Shown: one piece after another, positions 18,198-26,625 of the stretch
Numbering within the stretch: position 1 is the stretch's first letter
How the letters are laid out: each line of letters starts with the position of its first letter
Source of the DNA: a virus
Taxonomy: Duplodnaviria > Caudoviricetes
DNA: 64,000 nucleotides
Strand: one strand, 5' to 3'
IMG/VR virus record: IMGVR_UViG_2933320104_000001
Coordinates: 2,782-66,781 of that record
Program-made: the position numbers and the translations under genes
Notes under the pieces: model-generated
What the model was told of the DNA's origin: nothing
The model's database searches: none
The model's input: the letters and a program-made list of their open reading frames with translations, nothing else

Positions 18198-18648
18198 GTC
18201 AAGCAGGTGCAACGGCTCATCCGCGTGCGTCGAGGTCGCCTACCGCAAGAGCTCCGTCAGCGGTGGCGCCGGCGAGTGCGTGGAAGCGGGCCTGTGCCCG
18301 CACGAGGACGAGGTGTGGGTCCGCGACTCCAAGCATCCGGACGGGCCGGTCTTGCGGTTCTCGGTCGCGGACTGGCGTGCGTTCCTGGACGCGGTCAAGA
18401 CCGGGAACGTGGCCACCTACTCGGGCGCTGTCCAGGTGGCGACGGGCAGAGACGGCGGCTGGGTGGTGTGCCACCGCGATGAACCGGACACCGCGTTGGC
18501 TTTCACGCCGCGCGAAGTGAAGGCGTTCGTGGAGGGTGTCGAAGACGGCGAGTTCGATCTCGCAGAGCTGGCGTCGGACGCGAAGGCGCCGGGAGACCGT
18601 CCAGGATCGACGCTGGCGGGCTCTGGGGTCGAAAAGGCATCCGTGTAA
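18187..18648 (+). CDS. Tandem DUF397 (BldB-like) protein
   Basis: WRRSS.C....CVEVA; YRKSS.S....CVEA; VRDSK.P.GPVL.F....W.AF; AFTP.E..AFV.GV..GEFD. Confidence 0.88.
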   Translation: MWRRSSRCNGSSACVEVAYRKSSVSGGAGECVEAGLCPHEDEVWVRDSKHPDGPVLRFSVADWRAFLDAVKTGNVATYSGAVQVATGRDGGWVVCHRDEPDTALAFTPREVKAFVEGVEDGEFDLAELASDAKAPGDRPGSTLAGSGVEKASV

Positions 18649-18670
18649 GGGTCCACGGTTCTCGTGAGGC

Positions 18671-18746
18671 CACAGGGGATTCTGTGGCCTTGCGGATCGC
18701 ACTCTTGATCTACAAACGATGTCGATCAAGAACTTGTAAGTCGACA
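18671..18746. promoter_or_regulatory. Hairpin plus interlocked inverted repeats (terminator/operator)
   Basis: AGGCCACAG..CTGTGGCCT; TCTTGATC-N13-GATCAAGA; ATGTCGA..TCGACAT. Confidence 0.45.
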
Positions 18747-18768
18747 TTCGAGAGAGGAGCCGAACGCA

Positions 18769-19044
18769 ATGAGCACCTACCGCAAGGGGCCGGTCGAGGT
18801 CGAGGCCCGTCAACTCACCCGCGAGAACGGCCAGCTGATATGGCCGTGGTGGAAGTGGGCCGACGCCAAGCCCCACTTCGACGCAGATCACATCCTGGAC
18901 GGGCTCACCATCTGGACGCCGTCCGGCTACGAGCGGGTCCGCTTCGGCGACTGGATCGTCAAGGACGCGAAGGGCGACTTCTGGCCGGTCAAGGACGACG
19001 CCTACGCCAAGGTCCTGGAGCAGTTCGGGGAGGCGCCCCGATGA
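18769..19044 (+). CDS. Conserved small phage protein (YRKxPV.VEA...GDWIVK family)
   Basis: Motif; GAGGAG RBS. Confidence 0.75.
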   Translation: MSTYRKGPVEVEARQLTRENGQLIWPWWKWADAKPHFDADHILDGLTIWTPSGYERVRFGDWIVKDAKGDFWPVKDDAYAKVLEQFGEAPR

Positions 19045-19226
19045 GCCTCGACGGGATCGCGTTCCGCTGCGACGGCGACGACTGCGACGCCTGGTGCCAC
19101 GTCCGCGACGTCTCGGACGTGGAGACAGCCCAGCAGCAGATCAGCCTCCGGTACGGCTGGTCCACCCGAGATGGTGAGGACTTCTGTCGGGGCTGCACTG
19201 CACGGGCGCTCGGGGAGTCGGTGTGA
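19041..19226 (+). CDS. Small Cys-rich protein
   Basis: CDG..C ... GW......DFCRGC. Confidence 0.65.
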   Translation: MSLDGIAFRCDGDDCDAWCHVRDVSDVETAQQQISLRYGWSTRDGEDFCRGCTARALGESV

Positions 19227-19230
19227 CGGG

Positions 19231-19515
19231 CTACTCGCCGGCGGGCTTCAGGCGGGGCTTCGGTCCGGTGCGCAGTGCTGGAGCGCCGCTCTCGCGAACC
19301 TTGCGGCGGATGTACGCGCCGCTGAACGTCAGCCCGGCGTCGACTTGCTTGGGCGTCTTGCGGGCCTTCAGTCGGGCGGCGAGGTCGTCGGGCGTATGCC
19401 CTTCGCGGACTGCTTCAGCGAACGCATCGAAGAGTTCCGCCTTGAGTTTGGCGGCGGTCTCTTCGGCGGCCGTCCACTGGTCGTCGGCCTGTTCGAGGCG
19501 ATCGAGAGCATCCAT
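19231..19515 (-). CDS. Small helical/HTH regulator
   Basis: Coiled helix plus PDDLAAR..FSGAYIRRKVRE; divergent orientation. Confidence 0.65.
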   Translation of the reverse strand: MDALDRLEQADDQWTAAEETAAKLKAELFDAFAEAVREGHTPDDLAARLKARKTPKQVDAGLTFSGAYIRRKVRESGAPALRTGPKPRLKPAGE

Positions 19516-19527
19516 GGGATGAGGATA

Positions 19528-19627
19528 CGAAACTCAGTAGCGAGACTCAAGTAAAAATCATGAGACTGAGTAGCGAAACTCTATTGCGCGTCTCGGTTTC
19601 AGCGATTACGGTACTGAGTATCGAAAC
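19528..19627. promoter_or_regulatory. Promoter with repeated operators
   Basis: ACT(C/G)AGTA(G/T)CGA(G/A)AC at 19532, 19565, 19613; TTGCGC-17-TACGGT at 19584-19612. Confidence 0.65.
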
Positions 19628-19650
19628 AAGGTGAGTTGCAGGGAGAAGTG

Positions 19651-19977
19651 ATGAAGACCATGACTGCCGATCGAGTCCCATACGACGCCGATCACGTCCA
19701 CATCGTGGACCTCGGCAACGGTCGCGTCATCGCCCTCTGGATCTCCGACCCTGCCGAGGCTGAGCACCCGCGCCAGGTGGCCGAGACCGTCTACGAGCGG
19801 TACGACGCCGAGGTCATTGCCACCGCTCAGCGGTTCTACAAGCGCGACGGCGCCGACTTCTCCGGCTGGATCGTCGCCACTCCGAGCGACCTGTACAGCC
19901 ACAGCGACCCGATCCCCACGAAGCGCGAGGCCATGCAGTCCCTCCGCAACGCCATCGCCGACTACTTCAACCGCTAA
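19651..19977 (+). CDS. Hypothetical protein
   Basis: GGGAG RBS; first gene after promoter. Confidence 0.7.
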   Translation: MKTMTADRVPYDADHVHIVDLGNGRVIALWISDPAEAEHPRQVAETVYERYDAEVIATAQRFYKRDGADFSGWIVATPSDLYSHSDPIPTKREAMQSLRNAIADYFNR

Positions 19978-19986
19978 GGAGCAGAC

Positions 19987-20238
19987 ATGACCGAGTACGG
20001 CATCTGGACCGAGAACGACGGCGGATTCACCGAGCACGACCTCTACTCACTCCAGGCGGCCAACGAGCGACTCGCCGAGATCATTCGGGAGAGCGACGAC
20101 CCCGACGCCGATCGGGAAGACCTGCGAGTTGTTGAGCTCTGTCCCGATCACGAGGGCCAGCCGAAGGACGGCTGCGAAGAGTGCAACGAGGAGTACGACG
20201 ATGAGGCCGATGAAGACCCGCCAGACGACGACGCCTGA
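19987..20238 (+). CDS. Very acidic small protein
   Basis: AAGGAG RBS; D/E-rich; CPDH..CEEC. Confidence 0.7.
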   Translation: MTEYGIWTENDGGFTEHDLYSLQAANERLAEIIRESDDPDADREDLRVVELCPDHEGQPKDGCEECNEEYDDEADEDPPDDDA

Positions 20239-20276
20239 CCCCCTCTCAACCCCCTCGACGACCAAGGAGAACCGAG

Positions 20277-20561
20277 ATGCGGACCACGCTCTCACCCGAA
20301 CAGCTCGCAGATCTCGCTGTGCAGGGGCAGGCGGAGGCGGCCAAGAGCCGTTTCGTGGACCCCTGTGCCGTGGTCGCGTCGAAGAAGATCCTGCGCGAGC
20401 GAGGCGAGGAGTGGGCCGCGAGCGTGTTGATGCGAGACCTATCCCGCCGCTCCCTGCTCTTCGGTCACCTGCCGTGGCTGGAAGACGGAGAGATGGAGAC
20501 GCTGATCCTCGCCGATCGGGCGGAGTGGGAGCAGATCGTCAACTCGCTCCAGAGCGCCTGA
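20277..20561 (+). CDS. Hypothetical protein
   Basis: AAGGAG RBS. Confidence 0.7.
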   Translation: MRTTLSPEQLADLAVQGQAEAAKSRFVDPCAVVASKKILRERGEEWAASVLMRDLSRRSLLFGHLPWLEDGEMETLILADRAEWEQIVNSLQSA

Positions 20562-20844
20562 CCCCCTCTGGCCCGGCTCTCCCTGTCGGGCCAACACCCA
20601 ACCCAAGGAGATCCCGATCATGTCCCGTCACGCCCACAACTCCGACGACGCTCTCACCCCGGAGGGCCGAAAGCTTGAACGGCAGGTGGCAGCGCTGAGT
20701 ATCACCAAGCGTTTCGCCGCCAAGGGTGACCCTGAGGCCCGGGAGGACATCGACACGATCACCCTCGGCAGTGAACGCGCCGCCAAGGCGATGCGAGCCC
20801 AGAACCGCTGCTGACCCTCTGGCCCGTCTCTCCCTGCCGGGCCA
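20558..20844 (+). repeat. Two copies of an intergenic hairpin repeat
   Basis: CTGACCC(CC)TCTGGCCCG(G/T)CTCTCCCTG(T/C)CGGGCCA at 20558 and 20811. Confidence 0.75.
20620..20814 (+). CDS. Hypothetical protein
   Basis: AAGGAG RBS; flanked by the repeats. Confidence 0.65.
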   Translation: MSRHAHNSDDALTPEGRKLERQVAALSITKRFAAKGDPEAREDIDTITLGSERAAKAMRAQNRC

Positions 20845-20881
20845 CCCGTATCCCAACGCTCAACGACCAAAGGATTCAGTG

Positions 20882-21106
20882 ATGAGCGACGAAGAGACGA
20901 TCAAGCTCAGCGTCAGCCTGAGCATCGGCATCGCGAACTGCGAGCAGGCCGACATCATCGACACCGGCATCCCTGTCGCCGAGTGGAACTCGTGGACCGA
21001 CGAGAAGCGAAGCGAGGCGACCCACAAGCACTGGGAAGAGTGGATCTGGGAGTACATCGACGGCGGAGCGAGCGTCGCAGACTCCTCCGAGGGGCCGACC
21101 AGATGA
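20882..21106 (+). CDS. Small acidic protein
   Basis: AAAGGA RBS; W/E-rich. Confidence 0.65.
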   Translation: MSDEETIKLSVSLSIGIANCEQADIIDTGIPVAEWNSWTDEKRSEATHKHWEEWIWEYIDGGASVADSSEGPTR

Positions 21107-21204
21107 GCCGTGAACCCACCGCCTTCAACATGATCGTGTTCGCGCTGGTGCTCATCCTCGCCACCGTCGGCGTCATCGCGATCCTCTACACGCTGCTGAC
21201 GTGA
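21103..21204 (+). CDS. Single-TM micro-protein
   Basis: MSREPTAFNMIVFALVLILATVGVIAILYTLLT; ATGA overlap. Confidence 0.55.
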   Translation: MSREPTAFNMIVFALVLILATVGVIAILYTLLT

Positions 21205-21305
21205 CCTGCCCCAGCTCTCTTCTTCCGGTACGGCCGGACACGCCTCGGCAGGCGGAGGAGAGCACCAAAGACCAGACCCCCAAGCGATCAAGAAAGGTCC
21301 CACCG

Positions 21306-21500
21306 ATGACCAACACCACGCCCGAGGTTCCCGCCGAGCTGATGGACCAGGTCCTCGCTGGCTGGTCGCTGCACCTGTCCGCCAACGGCGGCTCACTCGC
21401 CCAGACCAAGGCCGCTGAGATCGCCATCCGGGAGGCGCTCGCCTACGCACGCGACCAGCTGTACGCCACCCGCGTCGCCGACTCCTCCGAGGAGGGCTGA
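21306..21500 (+). CDS. Hypothetical protein
   Basis: GAAAGG RBS. Confidence 0.6.
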   Translation: MTNTTPEVPAELMDQVLAGWSLHLSANGGSLAQTKAAEIAIREALAYARDQLYATRVADSSEEG

Positions 21501-21504
21501 GCCG

Positions 21505-21756
21505 ATGGCCCGCATCACTGACACCCCGCATGGACGCCAGGCCGTAGACGCACTGAAAGCCGCCGTGGCGCTCGAAGGCGACTTCCCCGGCTGGCTGGCC
21601 GCGATCCTCGCCACCGTTGCCGCCTCCCAGCCCGAGGGCTCCTACACCCTCATCGAAGGGCGGCCCGGCTCGTGGGAAGCCGCCCTCGTTCAGCGTCTCC
21701 TCGCCGGCACCGTGGGTGAGGGCGACGAATACCTCGACAGCTACAGGGAGGGCTGA
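21505..21756 (+). CDS. Hypothetical protein
   Basis: GGAGG RBS. Confidence 0.7.
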   Translation: MARITDTPHGRQAVDALKAAVALEGDFPGWLAAILATVAASQPEGSYTLIEGRPGSWEAALVQRLLAGTVGEGDEYLDSYREG

Positions 21757-21759
21757 CCC

Positions 21760-22212
21760 ATGGCCGACAAGCCCGAAGTGGTCGGTGTCCACGACGGTGG
21801 AGACGGAGAGTGGCAGGTCGTCTCCCTCGTCGGTGGCGGTCGCTGCTTCCAGACCCGCCCCTGCCCGTCCTGCCCGTGGCGGAGAGACTCCCCTGTCGGG
21901 GTGTTCCCGCCCGAGGCTTTCCGCCACTCCGCCCGCACCGCCTACGACCTGGCGACCACGAAGTTCGCCTGCCACACCTCCGGCAGCGAGCACCCGAAGA
22001 CGTGCGCCGGCTTCCTGCTGCGCGGCGCCTCCGACAACCTCTCGGTGCGCATGAGCTTCGCCGACTACTCCGGTGTCCATTCCACGGTCGAGCTGTACGA
22101 CGACTACCGGGAGATGGCCGTGGCCAACGGCGTCCACCCAGACGACCCGGCGTTGGCGCCTTGCCGCGGGGACCGGCCGATGAAGTACCTGCCGCACCGA
22201 GAGGAGCGCTGA
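21760..22212 (+). CDS. DUF6283-like Cys/His protein
   Basis: PCPSCPWRRD...FACH......CAGFL..G...NL.VR. Confidence 0.7.
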   Translation: MADKPEVVGVHDGGDGEWQVVSLVGGGRCFQTRPCPSCPWRRDSPVGVFPPEAFRHSARTAYDLATTKFACHTSGSEHPKTCAGFLLRGASDNLSVRMSFADYSGVHSTVELYDDYREMAVANGVHPDDPALAPCRGDRPMKYLPHREER

Positions 22213-22213
22213 G

Positions 22214-22468
22214 ATGTCTTTCCCGCCTCCTCCTCTCGCTGATCTGACCTCCGCCATGTACGCCCTGTGCTCCGCCTACCGGGAAGCGCTCCTGTGGGCT
22301 GACCTCGTCCGCCAAGACACCGAGCGGCGCATGGGGATCGGGCCGACCGACGAGCGGGCCTACGTCGACCCGGCGTACGTGATCGCGCTGAAGTGGTGCT
22401 CCAGCCTGAACGAGCTGCCCGAGAGCGCCGAGAACCTGCTGGCCAACGCTCCGAAGGGGGAGTCGTGA
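22214..22468 (+). CDS. Hypothetical protein
   Basis: GAGGAG RBS. Confidence 0.6.
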   Translation: MSFPPPPLADLTSAMYALCSAYREALLWADLVRQDTERRMGIGPTDERAYVDPAYVIALKWCSSLNELPESAENLLANAPKGES

Positions 22469-22782
22469 CCGCGCCAGAGCAGCGAGAGACGCCCACGGCG
22501 ATCGTCTGCACACCTCCCGAGTACCTGTCACGGGCTGTCCGCTACTGCCCGACCTGCAAGCAGCGGCGCCGGTTCTCCGGCCGCGACGCCGCCTGGTACG
22601 GCTGCACGTGGACGTGCTGCGCCTGCGGCGACTCCTGGACCGAAGGGGAGCGGCACGAGCGCCCGTTCCAGCGCGGCTGGCGCAAGGACGCGATCAAGCG
22701 CGCCCGAAAGACGTGGGACGACGCTGCCGCGTTCAAGACCATCGACCACCTGGCATGGATCAAGGAGAGGGTGGGGTTCTGA
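22465..22782 (+). CDS. Zn-ribbon protein
   Basis: CPTC..WYG...TCCACGD.W. Confidence 0.7.
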   Translation: MTAPEQRETPTAIVCTPPEYLSRAVRYCPTCKQRRRFSGRDAAWYGCTWTCCACGDSWTEGERHERPFQRGWRKDAIKRARKTWDDAAAFKTIDHLAWIKERVGF

Positions 22783-22783
22783 C

Positions 22784-23140
22784 ATGGCCGACATCCCCGA
22801 GGAAGCCCGCCAGTCCGCCTTTGAGACTCCCTTTGAGGGAGCCGACACAGTGTCAGCAGACTCAAAGGCGACGATCTCTGAGGATGCCGTACAGGCTGCT
22901 GTCCGCGCTCACGAGTGCGCCTGGGTGGCGGGAGCCGGCCGCGAGGACCTGGTAAGGGCAACCCTGGAAGCCGCTCTCTCCGGCATCGCCTCCCAGGTAC
23001 GGCGAGAGACCGCCGAGCAGATTGCCGCCGCCATCCTCGCTGTCGATCCCGTGGAGTGGGCTCTCGCGGGCCAGCATGCGGGACAGGACGCCGCCCGTAT
23101 CGCCCGCCAGATAGGAGAAGGCCGTGTGGAAGAAGCCTGA
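22784..23140 (+). CDS. Hypothetical protein
   Basis: Coupled ORF. Confidence 0.6.
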   Translation: MADIPEEARQSAFETPFEGADTVSADSKATISEDAVQAAVRAHECAWVAGAGREDLVRATLEAALSGIASQVRRETAEQIAAAILAVDPVEWALAGQHAGQDAARIARQIGEGRVEEA

Positions 23141-23489
23141 AGTTCTCTCCGCCGCTCAGCAGGCGGACATCGAGGAGGCCAACGCCTGGCTGGACCGCAG
23201 CAGAGCGGAGAAGACCGTGACTACCGCCAAGGTGATCGAGGCCGCCCTACGTCAGCACTTCGCGCTCCGCCTGAAGCCGTCAGCGCTCGAGCAGGCGCAA
23301 CGCGGCCACCTCCTGTACCTGTCCGGAGCAGAGGCCGAATACGCCGCCAGGATCGCCGTAGACGCACTCGCCGGCGCGGGCTTGGTCGTCGTCTCCGCTG
23401 AAGACCTCCGCGAGTACCTGTTCCGAGGCCCGAACGTGTTGGCCGCCGCAGCACGCCTCCGCGCCGCCCTGCCCGAGAGGGGGCGATGA
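23124..23489 (+). CDS. Hypothetical protein
   Basis: AGGAG RBS. Confidence 0.55.
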   Translation: MWKKPEVLSAAQQADIEEANAWLDRSRAEKTVTTAKVIEAALRQHFALRLKPSALEQAQRGHLLYLSGAEAEYAARIAVDALAGAGLVVVSAEDLREYLFRGPNVLAAAARLRAALPERGR

Positions 23490-23788
23490 TGTCGGATGAG
23501 GAGACCAGACACTGTGCCGGGTGTGCGCAGATCATCGCTGACACTGAGCGGGTCCAGGATTCAAGGGTGGGCGCGTTGCCGATCCCGCCGCTCATGCCGG
23601 TGCAGGAGCTGACACCCGAAGACTGGAACGTCCTCAGAGTTCACTTCCCGGAGGCATACGAGGTGGCCAAGGATCGCGAGATGGAGTTCTGGGTGGAGGA
23701 GCTTCGAGCCCGTCGTGAGGCGATGGAATGGCGACGCGTCAAGGCGGTCGTTCGCGCGCTCTGGCCGTGGAGGAGACGCCATGGCTGA
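23486..23788 (+). CDS. Hypothetical protein
   Basis: ATGA overlap. Confidence 0.55.
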   Translation: MMSDEETRHCAGCAQIIADTERVQDSRVGALPIPPLMPVQELTPEDWNVLRVHFPEAYEVAKDREMEFWVEELRARREAMEWRRVKAVVRALWPWRRRHG

Positions 23789-24005
23789 CGACCTCCGCCA
23801 GCGGGTGAGCTTTGCCGCGTCGCTGACCATCCTCGGGCTGCTCGCCGATCTCGCGTACATGCTGTGCGAGGCGGCTGCGAGGTTCGCGCTCATCCACAGA
23901 TGGCCTGAGTCGGCGGCCTACTTCATCCTTGGTGTGGTCAGTGCGTACCTGGCCTTCTCCAGGGCCGCCTCGCGAGCCGAACAGGAGGCCCGCCGTGACC
24001 GATGA
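23781..24005 (+). CDS. Two-TM membrane protein
   Basis: GGAGGAG RBS; hydrophobic segments. Confidence 0.6.
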   Translation: MADDLRQRVSFAASLTILGLLADLAYMLCEAAARFALIHRWPESAAYFILGVVSAYLAFSRAASRAEQEARRDR

Positions 24006-24666
24006 CCTCCGCCAGCGGTACGCCGAAGCGCTCGCTGCCAAATTCACCGGCCCGTCCCCTTGGTTCGTCCGCGGCCGGTATGCCGGCGACACCGACCTGA
24101 GTCCCGCCGACCGCGTGGACAAGACGATGACGATCCGCTTCATCGCCGGAGACGGCGAACCAGCGCTCCGAATGCCGACCTGCAACGAGGCGGCCGAAGT
24201 GTGCGCCGCCGTACGAGACGAGGAACTTCAGGCGTGGCGGGAACGCGCCGAGAAGGCCGAGTCCGCCCTTGACCGTCTGCGCGAGGCGGCAGAGGCGCTC
24301 CGTGCAGAGTTGGGTCCGCCGAGCCCTGAACGCGATGCCCGCCCGGACGGTGACCGGATCGCCGCAGCCGAGTGGGTGATGGAGCGCCTGATGGTCACCT
24401 TGAACGGGCCTGCCTGCCCGGCGCCAGAGTGCGGCCACCGCGGCGGCAGCCACTCCACCTCCTGCACGCTGGCATGCAGCGACTGCGGAGACGTCGACGG
24501 CGCCCACGAGGACGGATGCTGGAAGGCGTGCCCCTCATGTGAGCGGGGACGCTGGGACTCCAGAAGCGAACACCGCGGGCGGATCAGCGTCGAGTACGAC
24601 TGCGGCCACACGGCCAACAGGTGGGCGGACAAGGCAAGCGGGGAGGCCGGACGTGGGCGCCCGTAA
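23995..24666 (+). CDS. Modular coiled-coil plus Cys-rich protein
   Basis: DDLRQRYAEAL..RERAEKAE; multiple CxxC. Confidence 0.65.
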   Translation: MTDDLRQRYAEALAAKFTGPSPWFVRGRYAGDTDLSPADRVDKTMTIRFIAGDGEPALRMPTCNEAAEVCAAVRDEELQAWRERAEKAESALDRLREAAEALRAELGPPSPERDARPDGDRIAAAEWVMERLMVTLNGPACPAPECGHRGGSHSTSCTLACSDCGDVDGAHEDGCWKACPSCERGRWDSRSEHRGRISVEYDCGHTANRWADKASGEAGRGRP

Positions 24667-25045
24667 GCACATCGCCACCCAGTGGCATCAGGCGGGCGGA
24701 GGGTCGATCCTGCGCTGCCGGTGCGGCAACTGGGAGTCCAACCCGAAGGACCTTGGGCGAGTCCAGAGGGATGCACACCGGGCACACCGGGTCGAGATGG
24801 GGGAGGAGGTGGAGCCGCGCCGGCCAACCGTCCAGGAGCGGCTCAAGGCGGCGGAAGCGGCTCTCTCTCGGGTCCGCGGACTCCACCACATCCACCGCTG
24901 CGACGTGGACGGTCACGTACTCGACCGCACCCCGAACCCGTGCGTCAACGACGGCGTATGCCAGGGCTGCGGGTCGTTCAGGTGCAGGACTCTCGCCGCT
25001 CTCGACGGCAGCGGGGAGGAGGATGGTGACCGTGTCCAACTCTGA
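24653..25045 (+). CDS. Hypothetical protein
   Basis: GGAGG RBS; AEAALSRVRGLH...C..C..CRT. Confidence 0.65.
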   Translation: MGARKHIATQWHQAGGGSILRCRCGNWESNPKDLGRVQRDAHRAHRVEMGEEVEPRRPTVQERLKAAEAALSRVRGLHHIHRCDVDGHVLDRTPNPCVNDGVCQGCGSFRCRTLAALDGSGEEDGDRVQL

Positions 25046-25526
25046 CGGTGTCCTGGCCGCTATCGACGCCTGCCTGGAGGACTGCAGCGTGTCGGAGGAG
25101 GCGATGCGGTGGGCTCCAGACGAGCCAGACCCGACGTTCGACGGGTTCCTGGGCGCCGAGCCGACGATGACGTTCGTCGACGAGGCGACCTCAGGCCGTC
25201 TGGTGGTGCCGAACCTTCAGGAGGGCGTGACCGCCTACTTCGCCGTGACGCCGCCGGAGGGTGAGCAGCCCCATTGGCGGCCGATCGGAAGCGACGTGGT
25301 CAGCGACCTGACGTTCGCCCAAGATGAGACCTTCGAAATGCCTCTGTCGTGGCTCCCGACCTACACGATCGTGCTGCCCGCAGAGTCCACACGCTTCGCT
25401 AGGTCATGGCTCAACAACGTGATCGTGGTGGGCAAGACCCTGGACGACCTCCTGGCCGAGAAGGCGCGGCGCCGCTGCTTCAAGTCCGAGTATCACCGAC
25501 GCCAGCGCAGGAGGACCAGACGATGA
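25023..25526 (+). CDS. Hypothetical protein
   Basis: GGAGGAGG RBS. Confidence 0.55.
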   Translation: MVTVSNSDGVLAAIDACLEDCSVSEEAMRWAPDEPDPTFDGFLGAEPTMTFVDEATSGRLVVPNLQEGVTAYFAVTPPEGEQPHWRPIGSDVVSDLTFAQDETFEMPLSWLPTYTIVLPAESTRFARSWLNNVIVVGKTLDDLLAEKARRRCFKSEYHRRQRRRTRR

Positions 25527-25771
25527 CCTCCACGATTGAGCCGCTCGTGGTGTTCGACGCCCGCGACGAGCGATGGCGTGGAGACTCGCACATCCTGGCG
25601 TGGTGCCGCTCCGAGGGCATCGACCCTGAGCAGGTGTACCGCCTTGAGGTCTACCTTGTGGACTGCCCGTTCGCCCGCGTCTACGACGACTACCTTCGAC
25701 GTGATCCGTACGACGTGATCCTCTCCAGCCTGCCGCCGGAGGCGTCAGCCCTACCCGAGGAGCAGAGGTGA
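25523..25771 (+). CDS. Hypothetical protein (paralog of 38593-38889)
   Basis: LAWCRSEGIDPE..YRLEV. Confidence 0.65.
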   Translation: MTSTIEPLVVFDARDERWRGDSHILAWCRSEGIDPEQVYRLEVYLVDCPFARVYDDYLRRDPYDVILSSLPPEASALPEEQR

Positions 25772-26166
25772 GCAGCACCTACCGCATCCTGTGCCTGTCG
25801 CACGATCCAGCGTTGACGTTCGGCGAGTTCGACTCTCCCGGAGAAGCCGAAGCAGCGATCAGGTCGGGCATCGACGAACACCCTCGCTGCGACCTGCTGA
25901 TCGGCCGCTACTCCTACCCGCTGGTAGAGGTTGGCTGCCCGTCCAGTGTCGGGAGAGACGGAGCCACGCCCGATCGCCATGTCGTCCACAGCGTCACCAA
26001 GTGGGTGGACGCGGTGTGGCTGCGCATCCTCGCCGCCGTCCACCAATCCGGTACCGAGCAGATGAGAGCCCTGACAGGCGAGTCCAGTCTGAGCTGCTGG
26101 CAGCGGGACAGGCTGTCGCGCCTGCGTGGAGAGCTAGGGCTGGACGTCCGGGAGGACGCGTCGTGA
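25768..26166 (+). CDS. Hypothetical protein
   Basis: MSSTYRILCLSHDPA...H..CDL.IGRYSYPLVEVGCP. Confidence 0.7.
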   Translation: MSSTYRILCLSHDPALTFGEFDSPGEAEAAIRSGIDEHPRCDLLIGRYSYPLVEVGCPSSVGRDGATPDRHVVHSVTKWVDAVWLRILAAVHQSGTEQMRALTGESSLSCWQRDRLSRLRGELGLDVREDAS

Positions 26167-26399
26167 TCTGGCTGGTTGTCGGAGGCGTCGCCCTACTCAG
26201 CTTTATGGTCGTCGCCTTCGTGCTCGTGGAGAAGTGGGGGCGGGAGAGCGTCCGCAACTGGAACGCCGCAACCGAGAGTTGGGAAGCAGCGGCGGCCCAC
26301 TGGAAGGTCGCCGAAGAGAACTGGCGAAAGGCGGAGGAGAGTTGGCGGCGAACTGCCGAGACGCACGAGCGACTGGCTTGGCGTCGTCGCCGTGGATAG
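26163..26399 (+). CDS. TM protein with Trp heptad repeat
   Basis: N-terminal TM then W every 7 residues. Confidence 0.6.
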   Translation: MIWLVVGGVALLSFMVVAFVLVEKWGRESVRNWNAATESWEAAAAHWKVAEENWRKAEESWRRTAETHERLAWRRRRG

Positions 26400-26625
26400 C
26401 CTCCTCGACCTCGATGTCCCAGCCGTTCCCGGGAGCGGAACGGTTGCCCGCTGCCGCTGCTGCCACCGTCCCCTCACCGAAGACGTTTCTCTCGGGTACG
26501 AACTCGGACCCACCTGCCGAAAGCGGCTCGGCATCACATCACGGCAGCGGGTACGGCTCGCACGGGTCCGTCCTGGAGGAGACTGCGAAGGACAGGGTGA
26601 TCTCCTGGAGGGGCACGATGCCTGA
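26392..26625 (+). CDS. DUF6011-like Zn-finger protein
   Basis: CRCCHRPLT..VS....LGPTC. Confidence 0.7.
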   Translation: MDSLLDLDVPAVPGSGTVARCRCCHRPLTEDVSLGYELGPTCRKRLGITSRQRVRLARVRPGGDCEGQGDLLEGHDA

